A DNA stretch of 44,177 nucleotides. It comes from Myxococcota bacterium (GTDB taxonomy: Bacteria; Myxococcota; UBA4151). Made by a program: the position numbers and the translations under genes. The stretch spans positions 1 to 44,177 of the forward strand of contig JAYZBQ010000061.1 in assembly GCA_036338695.1 (NCBI GenBank), given 5' to 3'. This document shows positions 9,340 to 18,735 of the stretch, in pieces; the stretch's first letter is position 1; the number at the start of each line of letters is the position of its first letter. The notes under the pieces are model-generated. The model was not told the DNA's origin. It did not search any database and worked only from the letters and a program-made list of their open reading frames with translations.

Positions 9340-10631
9340 GGAAGCGTCACCTCCACGGAGAGGGTCGGGTCGAGGAAGACCTCCTCGGTCGGCGGCTCTT
9401 GCATGCTGTAGATCAGGTATGCTGCGCTGCCGCCGAGGAGCGCCACCGTGGTCACGATCCAGAGATTGGCGCTCGACCCTTTGCGCCGGTAGCGCTGACT
9501 CGGCATCGAGACCGGGCGCTCCGAGACGGGCAACCCTTCAAAACTCGATGGGTCCGGGATGTCTGCCTGCATCGTCTTTTGAGCCGCCCATTCACCCGCC
9601 GCAACCGGGGCACCCTCGCCCTTGCGGCTCGCAGCGCTGAGCAGGTGCGCCAGATCGTTCTCAGCCAGCAAGCCGCCGGTGACCATCTTCCCGACCCCAG
9701 CCACACTGCCATCGGGTGAGACCGCCGTGATGTGCAGGTCAAAGCGTCCGTCGGTCCGGCGCCCGATGGTCGCTAACCAACCGATCTGCGCAGCCGCTTG
9801 ACGCACCAACTCACCCATCCGCGGCAGCACCTCGAGGCGCGTCGCTTGGGCGCTAAGCGCCTGATCAAGCTCAACCGCTGAGCGCAGCCGCGCAGGCCGT
9901 AAGGAGGCCCGTAGCACGACGCTGCCTGCCCCCTCTACCACCTCGAAGGCCTCGACATGCGCACGGTGCCCCGCGGCGCGCACAAGCAGCCGGTGCGACC
10001 CAGGGCGCAGGGTGTCACCGGATTGGACCGGCCGACCGTCAACCCATGCCTTGGCGTCGGTAGGCTGGAGCCGCAACACAGCGCGCGCAGCCGGTTTGAG
10101 CGTCGCTTTGCGGGCGACGACGAGATCCGCCAAACTTCCCGTCAACCCTCGCTGTCTGGGCTGGATCGTAGGGATCACGCGCAGCAGCTGATCGATGGTT
10201 CGATCCCGCAGCAACAGATCCTGCTCCGCCTCTGCGATCTCTGTCTGCAGGATCATCACGTCCCGCCAAACCTCACGGGCGTCGGGCGTGAGCGGCAGGT
10301 CGCCGACGTCACGAATGACCTGCTCGAGCGCCTTACGCGCCGCCTCGAGATCGAGCTCCTCATGAGCCGACCGGGCGCGCTGAATCTGTTGCAAAAGGGT
10401 GCGCCGATCGACCTCAGGGCCGGTGACGAGTTGTGCGTCCTCTTCGCCCTCGACCAGCAGCCGATTGCGGCGTTTGATGAGGGCCTTAAGCTTCGCCTGA
10501 AGATCAAAGAGCAGCGACGGCGGGACGCGTTTCCCGACCGCCCTCGGCCGCGCCAGGTAAAAGACGGTCTCTGCCTGAGCCACCTCCGACAGCAACGACA
10601 CGAGAACGAGAGTGTAAACGGCGGCGCGCAC
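9336..10631 (-). CDS. Exported protein with helical (TPR-like) region, PEGA-like domain and C-terminal hydrophobic helix
   Basis: Start re-called at GTG 10631, giving signal peptide ..EVAQA. PEGA-like PTDAKAWVDG..LRPGSHRLLVRAAGH; C-terminal LWIVTTVALLGGSAAYLIY then a strand-like tail LSVEVTLP. Confidence 0.7.
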   Translation of the reverse strand: MRAAVYTLVLVSLLSEVAQAETVFYLARPRAVGKRVPPSLLFDLQAKLKALIKRRNRLLVEGEEDAQLVTGPEVDRRTLLQQIQRARSAHEELDLEAARKALEQVIRDVGDLPLTPDAREVWRDVMILQTEIAEAEQDLLLRDRTIDQLLRVIPTIQPRQRGLTGSLADLVVARKATLKPAARAVLRLQPTDAKAWVDGRPVQSGDTLRPGSHRLLVRAAGHRAHVEAFEVVEGAGSVVLRASLRPARLRSAVELDQALSAQATRLEVLPRMGELVRQAAAQIGWLATIGRRTDGRFDLHITAVSPDGSVAGVGKMVTGGLLAENDLAHLLSAASRKGEGAPVAAGEWAAQKTMQADIPDPSSFEGLPVSERPVSMPSQRYRRKGSSANLWIVTTVALLGGSAAYLIYSMQEPPTEEVFLDPTLSVEVTLP

Positions 10632-10636
10632 TGAGA

Positions 10637-11035
10637 CTACCTCGCAAGAACGCAAACCCAGAGGCCTGCGCCTGCAGCTATAACCCCTGCGCCACGGCTG
10701 AGCCAATTGTTATCGAACGCCAACCAGACACCAAGCGCCGCAGCGGATACGCCGGCACCACAGCGAACGCTCCGACGCTGATGCCAGGCGCGTAAGCGCA
10801 CGGGCGGCGGCTGAGGTTTTGCCCGTTTCGGCGCGTTCTTGACCATGGCGCCGTGCTGATTCAAACCATCCGACGCCGTCCAGGTCGCTTTGATCTGCCG
10901 CTTCACCGCTCCCTGGAGTTGGCACGCTTGGCGGGTGTCACCCTTCACGCAGCTCGGCTGCGGACAATCCGCCGGTGGCTGATCCGCCAGGCAACCTGCC
11001 TGCAAACCCCACAGGGCGATGACGCTACTGATCAT
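10637..11035 (-). CDS. Small exported protein with C-terminal Gly/Ala-rich hydrophobic hairpin
   Basis: Fills the gap between co-oriented genes; N-terminal hydrophobic segment ending LQAG-C (possible lipobox); two C-terminal G/A-rich helices. Confidence 0.55.
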   Translation of the reverse strand: MISSVIALWGLQAGCLADQPPADCPQPSCVKGDTRQACQLQGAVKRQIKATWTASDGLNQHGAMVKNAPKRAKPQPPPVRLRAWHQRRSVRCGAGVSAAALGVWLAFDNNWLSRGAGVIAAGAGLWVCVLAR

Positions 11036-11855
11036 CCAAGACGATCAATGCAGCGCCGATGCCTGCGGTCGTCAACCCGACCCCTGCGGCGATCCAACCG
11101 AAGTTCCCTTGCTCTCGCTCGAGCGGATTGCTCAGCGAGCCCAGCCCGGCCATCGAGATCATCGTCCCGACGGACGCCGCAGTCCACGCGTAGATCGTTC
11201 GTGAGCTGTGCCCGTAGGCGTAGGGCGGATCCAGCGCCAGCTTGAAGAGCGCCAGACCCTCTTTGAGTTCGGCTCCCCGAGCGCCGGCGTAGTTCTCGAC
11301 CAGAGGCTCTACAGCCTCGATCGCCGCCAGCAGCTCCGTCTTCTTTCCCGCAACCGCCGAGCCATCCGTAGGGTCCACTTCCGCCAAGGGGCTCAGCTTC
11401 TCGTGCGCCGTCACCCAGCTCGCTTTGTCGCTTGAAGCCTTCGTACGCACGGCGTCTTCGTCGATCCAGACCCCACCGACGATCGAGAAGGCTCCCGCTT
11501 GGGTCGCTGCGGCGACCAGCTGCCCGGGGTTCATCGAGGCGTCGATGCCTTCGAGCGGTTTGGTTTGTCCCGCCAGGGCGAACACAATCTGAGCGCCCAG
11601 GTTCAGCTTGGCGATCTTCTCATCGACGCTCGCAGCGGGTGCTGAGGGCTCGGGCTGAGCAGCAGGTGCTTCAGGCTTCGGCGCTGGGGCTGGGGCTGGG
11701 GCTGCCTCCGCAGCTTCCTCGGGCTCGCTGGCGACTGCTTCGGCTTTCTTCGCCTCGAGCTCGGCGTGCGCTTCGGCGGCTGCTTCTGACTGTGCCGACG
11801 ACACCGTCGAGCCCAAGAGTGTTAGCAAACACATGATGGTGGACGCAGTTCGCAT
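11025..11855 (-). CDS. Secreted protein with Ala/Pro/Glu linker and C-terminal Gly/Ala-rich hydrophobic hairpin
   Basis: ATG 11855 (alternative GTG 11882), signal peptide ..TVSSA, PAPAPAPKPEAP linker, C-terminal GWIAAGVGLTTAGIGAALIVL. Confidence 0.75.
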   Translation of the reverse strand: MRTASTIMCLLTLLGSTVSSAQSEAAAEAHAELEAKKAEAVASEPEEAAEAAPAPAPAPKPEAPAAQPEPSAPAASVDEKIAKLNLGAQIVFALAGQTKPLEGIDASMNPGQLVAAATQAGAFSIVGGVWIDEDAVRTKASSDKASWVTAHEKLSPLAEVDPTDGSAVAGKKTELLAAIEAVEPLVENYAGARGAELKEGLALFKLALDPPYAYGHSSRTIYAWTAASVGTMISMAGLGSLSNPLEREQGNFGWIAAGVGLTTAGIGAALIVLDDQ

Positions 11856-11990
11856 ACGCTCAACTCCCAATACAGACGCCACCTCCTAGCTAGCCACGTG
11901 TCCGCCTGCAAGCCGTCAATGTGCGGACGCTTTGGGATTTGGGTTGGTTTTCGGGGCGGAAACTTGACCCTGATGGACTCTGGGTCTGAA

Positions 11991-13055
11991 ATGCGCACAA
12001 TGGCCACGCTCGTTACTGGATTCCCACGCTTTGTCGCTAAGGTGCTCATCGAGCGCCTCAAAGAGCTGCGCCCCGAGGAGCCCGTCCATCTCGTCGTGCT
12101 GCCGCAGAAGCTAGCGGCTGCGCGTAAACATCTCGGCCGCCCCAAAGGCTTCACCATCCATCGAGGCGACGTCGCCTCCACGGATCTCGGCTTAGGCGCA
12201 GACAGCTTGAGCGAGCTGCTCCCCACGGTGCGCCAGATCATCCATTTTGCGCAGATTCATCACCCGAGCGCAGGGCGAAAAATCGGCTATCAGGTCAACG
12301 TTCATGGCACCCAGAACACGCTGCGCTTTGCGCAAGATTGCGCCGCCGCTCAAGGCGGAGCTGCCCCCCGTATCGTCCACCTGAGCAGCTTGTTCGTGCT
12401 CGGCGCAGGATCTGGCAGGGTCAATGCTGAGGCGCGTGCGCAGCACCCGCGGCACCGCAACTGGTGGGAGGCTGCCGTGCACCGAGCAGAGGAGCTCGTG
12501 TTGCGCTCTGGGCTGCCCTACACGGTGCTCCGCCCCGGCCTGATCATCGGGCACTCGAAGACCGGAAAGATTGATAAACTCGGTGGACTCTACGAGCTTG
12601 GCGTGATGGCTGGCCAGCTACCGCGGAATGTCCCGCTCCCTCGCCCGAGCTCGAAGGCGATGATGCACGCTACCGCCGCCGACACCCTCGCCGACGCGGC
12701 GATCAAACTCAGCAAAGCGGAGGCTGCGAACGGCCGCATCATCGCCCTGGACCACCCCAACCCAATCTCGGCGGTCGAGTTTATGGAGGCGATTGCGCTC
12801 GAGAGCGGCCGAAAGCTCGCTCGATGGCCGATTCATATCGGGCTCGCCGGCTCCGTCGCCAACACGCTGCTGCGTCAGTCGCCTGCGGCGCGCGAGGCCG
12901 CTTATCTCAACGATCGCAACCGCTACGACGCGCCGGACTCTCAAGCGATCCTGCGCGCTCTGGAGGTCGATATTCCCGAGCCGCGCCGGCTGCTTGAGAC
13001 GGCGATCGCCTTTACCAACGCCACGCTGCGCGCTCGGCGTGCACACCGCGCCTGA
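11991..13055 (+). CDS. Extended SDR / NAD_binding_4 (thioester-reductase-like) protein with degenerate motifs
   Basis: LVTGFP, HRGDV..DLGL, VNVHGTQN, HLSS, LRPGLIIGHSKTG. Start is ATG 11991 or 12000. Confidence 0.8.
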   Translation: MRTMATLVTGFPRFVAKVLIERLKELRPEEPVHLVVLPQKLAAARKHLGRPKGFTIHRGDVASTDLGLGADSLSELLPTVRQIIHFAQIHHPSAGRKIGYQVNVHGTQNTLRFAQDCAAAQGGAAPRIVHLSSLFVLGAGSGRVNAEARAQHPRHRNWWEAAVHRAEELVLRSGLPYTVLRPGLIIGHSKTGKIDKLGGLYELGVMAGQLPRNVPLPRPSSKAMMHATAADTLADAAIKLSKAEAANGRIIALDHPNPISAVEFMEAIALESGRKLARWPIHIGLAGSVANTLLRQSPAAREAAYLNDRNRYDAPDSQAILRALEVDIPEPRRLLETAIAFTNATLRARRAHRA

Positions 13056-13105
13056 CGCCGCCGCCCAACGAAACTTAGGTGGAAGGAGGCGAGCCCAAAG
13101 CGCGC

Positions 13106-13120
13106 TAGCCCATAGGGCTA
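13106..13120. promoter_or_regulatory. Inverted repeat upstream of the ccm operon
   Basis: TAGCCC-ATA-GGGCTA, 23 nt before the ccmA ATG. Confidence 0.35.
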
Positions 13121-13143
13121 CAGCTTGATAGGGCGCCGCTACC

Positions 13144-13830
13144 ATGCAGCAAGAGCTAACGATACGAGCCAAGGGACTGTGTCGTCGTCACGGACGTCGC
13201 TGGGTGCTCGTGCACCTCGACCTCGAGCTCGCCGCCGGCCAAGCGCTGCTGCTCGCCGGCGGGAACGGTGCGGGGAAGAGCACGCTGTTGCGCATCCTGA
13301 GTACCTTGACGCCACCAAGCCAGGGTGAGCTCGAGCTGTTCGGAGCGCCTGTGCGCGACCAGCGGCGGCAGCAACGCCGCCGGATCGGCATGATCGGTCA
13401 CTCGAATCAACTCTACCATGAGCTCACCCCGGACGATCATCTGCGTCTCTGGTCGAAACTGAGCGGTCGAACGATCCCAGCGGACTTGCTCGAGCGCGTG
13501 GAGCTTGCAGACCGGCACCATGACCCGGTGCGGACCTTTAGCGCCGGGATGCGAAAGCGGCTGGCGCTGGCGCGGCTGCTCTTGCTCGACCCGGACCTTA
13601 TCTTGCTGGACGAGCCCTTCGGTCAGCTGGATGCGGCGGGCGTCGAGCTGATGCAACAGAGCGTCGAGCGGTGGTGTTCAGCCGGAAAGACTTTGGTCCT
13701 AGCGACCCACCTGATCGAGCGCGGCGCGCCGCTCTGCGACCAAGCGCTGGTGCTCGCTCACGGCCGCGTGGCGTGGCGCGGGCCGGCAAGCGCCGTGACG
13801 CCTGCGATCGTTGCCGGGGAGGCGTCATGA
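13144..13830 (+). CDS. ccmA: Heme ABC exporter ATP-binding protein CcmA
   Basis: Walker A GGNGAGKS, signature FSAGMRKR, Walker B LLDEP; first gene of the ccm operon. Confidence 0.93.
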   Translation: MQQELTIRAKGLCRRHGRRWVLVHLDLELAAGQALLLAGGNGAGKSTLLRILSTLTPPSQGELELFGAPVRDQRRQQRRRIGMIGHSNQLYHELTPDDHLRLWSKLSGRTIPADLLERVELADRHHDPVRTFSAGMRKRLALARLLLLDPDLILLDEPFGQLDAAGVELMQQSVERWCSAGKTLVLATHLIERGAPLCDQALVLAHGRVAWRGPASAVTPAIVAGEAS

Positions 13831-14483
13831 GCGGCCTCCTGCTCAAGGAATTTTTGCTGGTGTGGCGTGGTCGAGCTCGTATCGCCGCTGCGCTGACCTT
13901 CGCCGCCGCGACCTTACTGATGTTCAGCTTCTCAGCCGGGGCGGATGGCCGGCTCTTGCAACGCCTAGCGCCCGGGTTCTTATGGCTCGCCATCGTCCTT
14001 GCGAGCACCCTGACGCTCCAGGCGAGCTTTGACGCTGAGACGCAAGATGGTGCGCTCGACGGCTTGGTGCTGCGCGCCTCACCCGGAGCGATCTTTTATG
14101 CCAAGGCGCTGACCAACTGGGTCTTTCTCGCCGCGCTCGCCTGCGTCCTACTCCCCCTGATCGCCGCGCTGTTCGACGCCAGCCTCGGGACCCTACCGCG
14201 CGTGCTCGCCGTCTTGGTCCTCGGGACGGCGGCGCTGTCCGCGCCCGGTACGCTGTACGCTACGCTGGCTGGGCGCTCACGCGCTGCCAGTCTGCTGCTA
14301 CCGCTGTTGTATTTCCCGCTGATTATCCCAGCGCTCGTCGGGGCCGTCAAAGCAACAGAGCTCGCATTTTTCGGCGACCCGATGAACCAATGGAGCGGCT
14401 GGGTCGGTCTACTCGGCGCGTTTTCGATGGTATTTTGGGCGCTGTGTGGCGCATTGAGTAGCGCCATCTTGGAGGACGGATGA
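13827..14483 (+). CDS. ccmB: Heme exporter protein CcmB
   Basis: About 6 TM; E.QDGALDGL, LLPLLYFPLIIP motifs. Start re-called at ATG 13827 (ATGA overlap). Confidence 0.92.
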   Translation: MSGLLLKEFLLVWRGRARIAAALTFAAATLLMFSFSAGADGRLLQRLAPGFLWLAIVLASTLTLQASFDAETQDGALDGLVLRASPGAIFYAKALTNWVFLAALACVLLPLIAALFDASLGTLPRVLAVLVLGTAALSAPGTLYATLAGRSRAASLLLPLLYFPLIIPALVGAVKATELAFFGDPMNQWSGWVGLLGAFSMVFWALCGALSSAILEDG

Positions 14484-15157
14484 CTCGAGAACGCGTCGCA
14501 GCCGGCTTCGGTGTGCTCGGCCTCATTCTGCTCGGCTGGGGTTCTTACCTCGGGCTTTTTGTGGCGCCGCCTGATCGCTACATGGGTGACGTGCAGAGGA
14601 TCATGTACGTCCATGTTCCCTTCGCCTGGCTGGCGCTCGTGGTCTTCACGCTCGCCTTCGTCTACGCCGTGCTGTTCTTGGTTCGGCGCAGCTGGCGCTG
14701 GGACGCGCTGCACGAGGCGTCCCTCGAGTTGGGAGTCCTCTACACCTTTTTGCTCTGCGTCCAAGGCGCCCTCTGGGGTAAACCGACCTGGGGCGTCTAC
14801 TGGGCTTGGGACCCGCGCCTGACGACAGTGGCGGTGATGTTACTCAGCTTTGCCGGCATCCTCAGCCTGAGGCACTTCCTCGACGACCCGATCCGGCGGG
14901 CCAGCTGGTCGGCGACGGCGACCATCCTCGCCGCCGCCAACGTCCCGATCGTCTACTACTCGGTCCGCTGGTGGAACTCGCTCCACCAGCTGCAGAGCTC
15001 GCCCGAGACGGTGAGCTCCTCGATGGTGGAGCCCCTGCGCCTCAACGCGTTTGGACTGCTCGCCTTGACCGTCGCCCTCCTCATGGTCCGTTCGTGGATT
15101 GCGGCAGATCGCCGAGCAGCCGCCATGGCGCCGCCGCTGCCGGCTGAAGGAGCTTGA
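14480..15157 (+). CDS. ccmC: Heme exporter/chaperone CcmC
   Basis: RIMYVHVP, WWD domain WGKPTWGVYWAWDPRLT, WWNSLHQ. Confidence 0.95.
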   Translation: MTRERVAAGFGVLGLILLGWGSYLGLFVAPPDRYMGDVQRIMYVHVPFAWLALVVFTLAFVYAVLFLVRRSWRWDALHEASLELGVLYTFLLCVQGALWGKPTWGVYWAWDPRLTTVAVMLLSFAGILSLRHFLDDPIRRASWSATATILAAANVPIVYYSVRWWNSLHQLQSSPETVSSSMVEPLRLNAFGLLALTVALLMVRSWIAADRRAAAMAPPLPAEGA

Positions 15158-15160
15158 TCG

Positions 15161-15286
15161 ATGAGCGGAATGATTCAAGGGGGTTGGGAGTTTGTATGGG
15201 CGTCGTACGGGATCACCGGCGCGGTCATGCTGATCTACATGGCGAGCCTTTGGGTGCGCCGCAGCGATAAGGATTCGAGCGAATGA
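15161..15286 (+). CDS. ccmD: CcmD (41 aa, not in ORF track)
   Basis: Translated by hand: MSGMIQGGWEFVWASYGITGAVMLIYMASLWVRRSDKDSSE*. Single TM plus charged tail, AAGGAG SD, stop overlaps ccmE ATG. Confidence 0.85.
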   Translation: MSGMIQGGWEFVWASYGITGAVMLIYMASLWVRRSDKDSSE

Positions 15287-15765
15287 GCACGGACGAGCGC
15301 ATCGAGCTAGCGCCCCTCCCACGGAACGCAAAGATTCTGGCTGCCTCGGCGGTGCTCGTCGCCGCCGTTGGGTTAGCCATCGTGACCCTCGGCGGCCTCG
15401 GCGATAACCTGATCTTTTACTGGACACCGACCGAGATGAAGGCTGCCGGCGACAAAGCCTACGGCGCCACGATCCGGTTGGGGGGACAGGTGGTGCCCGG
15501 TACCATCCAGACCGAACCGTCTGGAACTCGGCTGAGCTTTGCCGTGAGCGACGGAACGACCCAATACAACGTCGACGCCGAGGGGATGCCGCCTGCGATG
15601 TTCCGCGAGGAGATCGGCGTGGTCGTCGAGGGGACGCTGCTGCGCTCAAACCGCTTCGCCTCCGACCGTCTCATGGTCAAACACGACAACGAGTACCGGG
15701 CGCCGGACGACCCGAAAGGCAACACCAAGGACTTGATGAAGACCACGAAGGGGCTTGATCCGTAA
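15283..15765 (+). CDS. ccmE: Heme chaperone CcmE
   Basis: N-terminal TM, IRLGGQV, PAMFRE..GVVVEG, heme-binding KHDNEY (HxxxY). Confidence 0.95.
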   Translation: MSTDERIELAPLPRNAKILAASAVLVAAVGLAIVTLGGLGDNLIFYWTPTEMKAAGDKAYGATIRLGGQVVPGTIQTEPSGTRLSFAVSDGTTQYNVDAEGMPPAMFREEIGVVVEGTLLRSNRFASDRLMVKHDNEYRAPDDPKGNTKDLMKTTKGLDP

Positions 15766-17693
15766 TGATCTCCACCCTGGGTCAGAGCCTCATCCTCGGT
15801 GCGCTCATCACGACGGGCGCCGGGTCGATCCTCGCCTTCGTCGCCGGCGCCAAGCGATCGGTGGAGGGCGTGGCGTGGGCACGGCGAGCTGCTCAGCTGT
15901 TCGCCATCCTGCTGATCCTCGCCAACGTGTTGATGGTCTACGCCCTGTTGGTCCCCGACTTTTCCGTGGGCTATGTCGCCAAAGTCGGCTCAACCAAGGT
16001 CCCGACCTGGGTAGCGGTCGTCAGCCTCTGGTCCTCGCTCGAAGGGTCGATCTTGTTCTGGGGCGCCATGCTGGGCGTGTTCGTGCTGATCTCGGTGCGC
16101 GACATGGGCGACCACCACCCCGAGCACCTCCCCTACTTTCTTGGCGTCTTGCTCGCTTGCGGCGTGTTCTTCACCTTCTTGCTCGCTGGACCCGCAAACC
16201 CCTTTGGGCACGTCCCCAATCCGCTGACGGAGGGACCTGGACCGAACCCGTTGCTTCAGAACCATGTCCTGATGATCATCCACCCGCCGATGTTGTACGG
16301 CGGTTACGTCGGCATGACCGTGCCCTTTGCGCTGGCGATGGCTGCGCTGCTGGCAGGCAATCTAGGCGCAGACTTCGTGCCCCGGCTGCGGCGCTGGCTC
16401 ATGATCCCGTGGATTTTCCTAACCGGCGGGATCGTCTTGGGCGGCTGGTGGGCGTATGAGGTCCTCGGCTGGGGCGGCTACTGGGACTGGGATCCGGTCG
16501 AGAACGCGTCGTTCTTCCCTTGGTTGACGGCGACGGCGGCGCTGCACTCCGTGCTCGTGGTCCAGCGCCGAGGCGCGCTCAAGATCTGGTCCGTTACGCT
16601 CATTCTCGCCAGCTTTCTACTGACCATCCTCGGTACCTTCATGACGCGCTCGGGCGTCTTCAACTCGGTGCACAGCTTTACCCAGAGCGATATCGGACCG
16701 ACCTTCCTGGTGTTCCTCGGGATCTGCTTCGTGATCGTCATCGTGGCGCTCGCCGCACGGATGGACCGGCTCGAAGGCGAGCGAAGCATTCGTGACCCTA
16801 AAAGCCGCGAGGCGATGTTCCTGCTGAACAACCTACTGTTCGTACTCTTCACCTTTGTGGTGGTGATCGGGACGGTGTTTCCTCTGCTCGTCGAGGCGAT
16901 CCGGGGGGTCAAGATAAGCGTTGGGTCACCCTACTTCAACGCCATGGCGGTTCCCTTGGGCGTGGGCATCTTGTTCCTGATGGGGATCGGCCCTGCGCTG
17001 CCCTGGGGTTCAGCCTCGATCGAGCGCACCCGTAAAGCGCTGGTTCCGCCGCTCGGCGGGGGCGTCGCCGGGTTGGTGATCGGGCTGCTGTGCGGGATGA
17101 CCAATGGTTGGGCGCTCGTGACGTGCTTCGCCGGCGGGTACACGCTGGTCGTCACGGCGCAACAGTTCGGGCTCGGGGCGAGCCGGCGTGGCTTGAGCGG
17201 AACACTCCGCCACCTCTTTGGCGCAGACCGACCGCGCTTTGGCGCCTACATCGTCCACTCGGGCGTGGTGCTCATCATCCTGGCGATCGCCGTTTCTCAC
17301 ACCATGCGCACCCACAAAGAGACCACCTTGGTGCAGGGTGCCTCAGCGACGATCGGTGACTACAACTTGACCTTCGTGGATGTTGAGCAACGGGTTGAGC
17401 CCCACCGCCGGGTGCTGGCGGCGCGCATCGCCGTGACCCATCAGGGCGACGCCCTCGGCGAGCTCAAACCCGCCATCAATCATTACCATACCCAGCGTGA
17501 ACCGATCGGAACCCCGGCGGTGCGCGTCGGCGCTTTGTCCGATCTGTACCTGTCGATGATGAGCTACGACCCGAACGAGAAAAAACTCGGTCTGCGCGCC
17601 TTCATCAATCCTTTGGTGTCGTGGATCTGGCTCGGGACGCTGATCATGATGATCGGTGGCGTCCTCGCCATCCTCCCTAGGCGCAGCGCATGA
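15765..17693 (+). CDS. ccmF: Cytochrome c heme lyase CcmF
   Basis: NPLLQN..MIIHPPMLY, WAYEVLGWGGYWDWDPVENAS, TRSG..SVHSF, NPLVSWIW. Confidence 0.97.
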   Translation: MISTLGQSLILGALITTGAGSILAFVAGAKRSVEGVAWARRAAQLFAILLILANVLMVYALLVPDFSVGYVAKVGSTKVPTWVAVVSLWSSLEGSILFWGAMLGVFVLISVRDMGDHHPEHLPYFLGVLLACGVFFTFLLAGPANPFGHVPNPLTEGPGPNPLLQNHVLMIIHPPMLYGGYVGMTVPFALAMAALLAGNLGADFVPRLRRWLMIPWIFLTGGIVLGGWWAYEVLGWGGYWDWDPVENASFFPWLTATAALHSVLVVQRRGALKIWSVTLILASFLLTILGTFMTRSGVFNSVHSFTQSDIGPTFLVFLGICFVIVIVALAARMDRLEGERSIRDPKSREAMFLLNNLLFVLFTFVVVIGTVFPLLVEAIRGVKISVGSPYFNAMAVPLGVGILFLMGIGPALPWGSASIERTRKALVPPLGGGVAGLVIGLLCGMTNGWALVTCFAGGYTLVVTAQQFGLGASRRGLSGTLRHLFGADRPRFGAYIVHSGVVLIILAIAVSHTMRTHKETTLVQGASATIGDYNLTFVDVEQRVEPHRRVLAARIAVTHQGDALGELKPAINHYHTQREPIGTPAVRVGALSDLYLSMMSYDPNEKKLGLRAFINPLVSWIWLGTLIMMIGGVLAILPRRSA

Positions 17694-18214
17694 ACCGGAC
17701 CGTCCTCCTGATTGGGCTGATGGTGACGGCGCCGCTCGTTTGGATCTTAGCGTCAGGCTTTGGCAACGACCCGCACACCATCGACTCCCCTTTGGTCGGG
17801 CGTAAGGCGCCGACCTTTGCGCTCCGGCAGCTCGACGGTGGGCAAGCGGTCGGGCTCAAGGGCATCAACCAACCGGCGGTCGTCAACTTTTGGGCGACGT
17901 GGTGCCGCCCCTGCGTCCAAGAGCATGGCGTCCTGACCGCAGCCGCCAGCCGGTACAGCGGCAAGGTGCGGTTCCTCGGTGTTGTCTATGAAGACACCGA
18001 AGAGCGGATCCGAGCCTTCCTCAAACGCAGCGGTGCGGCGTATCCGACGCTCATCGACGAGGCGGGCAAGACCGCCATCGCCTATGGCGTCTACGGCGTG
18101 CCCGAGACCTTCTTTATCGATGCGCAAGGGCAGATCCTGTTCAAACACGCCGGACCGCTCAATCATCAGTCGATCGAGTCGTACCTGCGCAAGCTGACGG
18201 GGTCCACGCCGTGA
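17690..18214 (+). CDS. ccmG: Thiol-disulfide oxidoreductase CcmG/DsbE
   Basis: NFWATWCRPC, YGVYGVPETFFID, N-terminal anchor. Confidence 0.92.
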   Translation: MNRTVLLIGLMVTAPLVWILASGFGNDPHTIDSPLVGRKAPTFALRQLDGGQAVGLKGINQPAVVNFWATWCRPCVQEHGVLTAAASRYSGKVRFLGVVYEDTEERIRAFLKRSGAAYPTLIDEAGKTAIAYGVYGVPETFFIDAQGQILFKHAGPLNHQSIESYLRKLTGSTP

Positions 18215-18735
18215 TCGCCGCGCTGCTCCTGATGGCGGCGGTGTCGCTGCCCGATGTCTCCGCTGTGGTTGGGCACCCCCAAGCGACGCCGCTGAGCGGC
18301 GAGCGTCTGGCGAACGAGACCGAGCGCCTCTCCGACATCATCCGCTGCCCCGTCTGTCAGGGCAGCTCCGTCGGGGACAGCCCCTCCGAGATGGCGCGCA
18401 ACATGAAGCAGCAGGTCAAGGAGCTGCTCGCGCTCGGCTTCAACGATGAACAGATCATCCGCTACTTCGAGTCCTCCTATGGCGAGTTCATCCGGCTCGA
18501 GCCCACCCGCGAAGGCCTGAACCTGATCGTGTGGTTGGCGCCGCTGCTCGGGTTAGGCTTGGGGGTTTTCCTCGTGACCCGCCGGCTCGGGAGCACGACA
18601 CCACCAGCCCTCGACGAGGCGCCGAGCGCCGGGACGCTGCCCGAGGATGAAGAGCTCGCACGCTGGGTGCTGCGCGTACGTGAAGAGGTGTATGGCTGGC
18701 CTGGCGGTCACCCCCCGGGCGAGGAGCGCACGTGA
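18211..18735 (+). CDS. ccmH: Cytochrome c biogenesis protein CcmH
   Basis: IRCPVCQG, SYGEFIRLEP, TM segment WLAP. Confidence 0.92.
   Translation: MIAALLLMAAVSLPDVSAVVGHPQATPLSGERLANETERLSDIIRCPVCQGSSVGDSPSEMARNMKQQVKELLALGFNDEQIIRYFESSYGEFIRLEPTREGLNLIVWLAPLLGLGLGVFLVTRRLGSTTPPALDEAPSAGTLPEDEELARWVLRVREEVYGWPGGHPPGEERT

Noticed and set aside
11683..11703. (GCTGGG)n short tandem repeat
   Set aside because: In-frame hexamer encoding the Pro-Ala linker; cannot shift frame and is not CRISPR-like.
13125..13138. FNR box upstream of ccmA
   Set aside because: Only the TTGAT half-site is present; the second half (CGCCG) does not match ATCAA.
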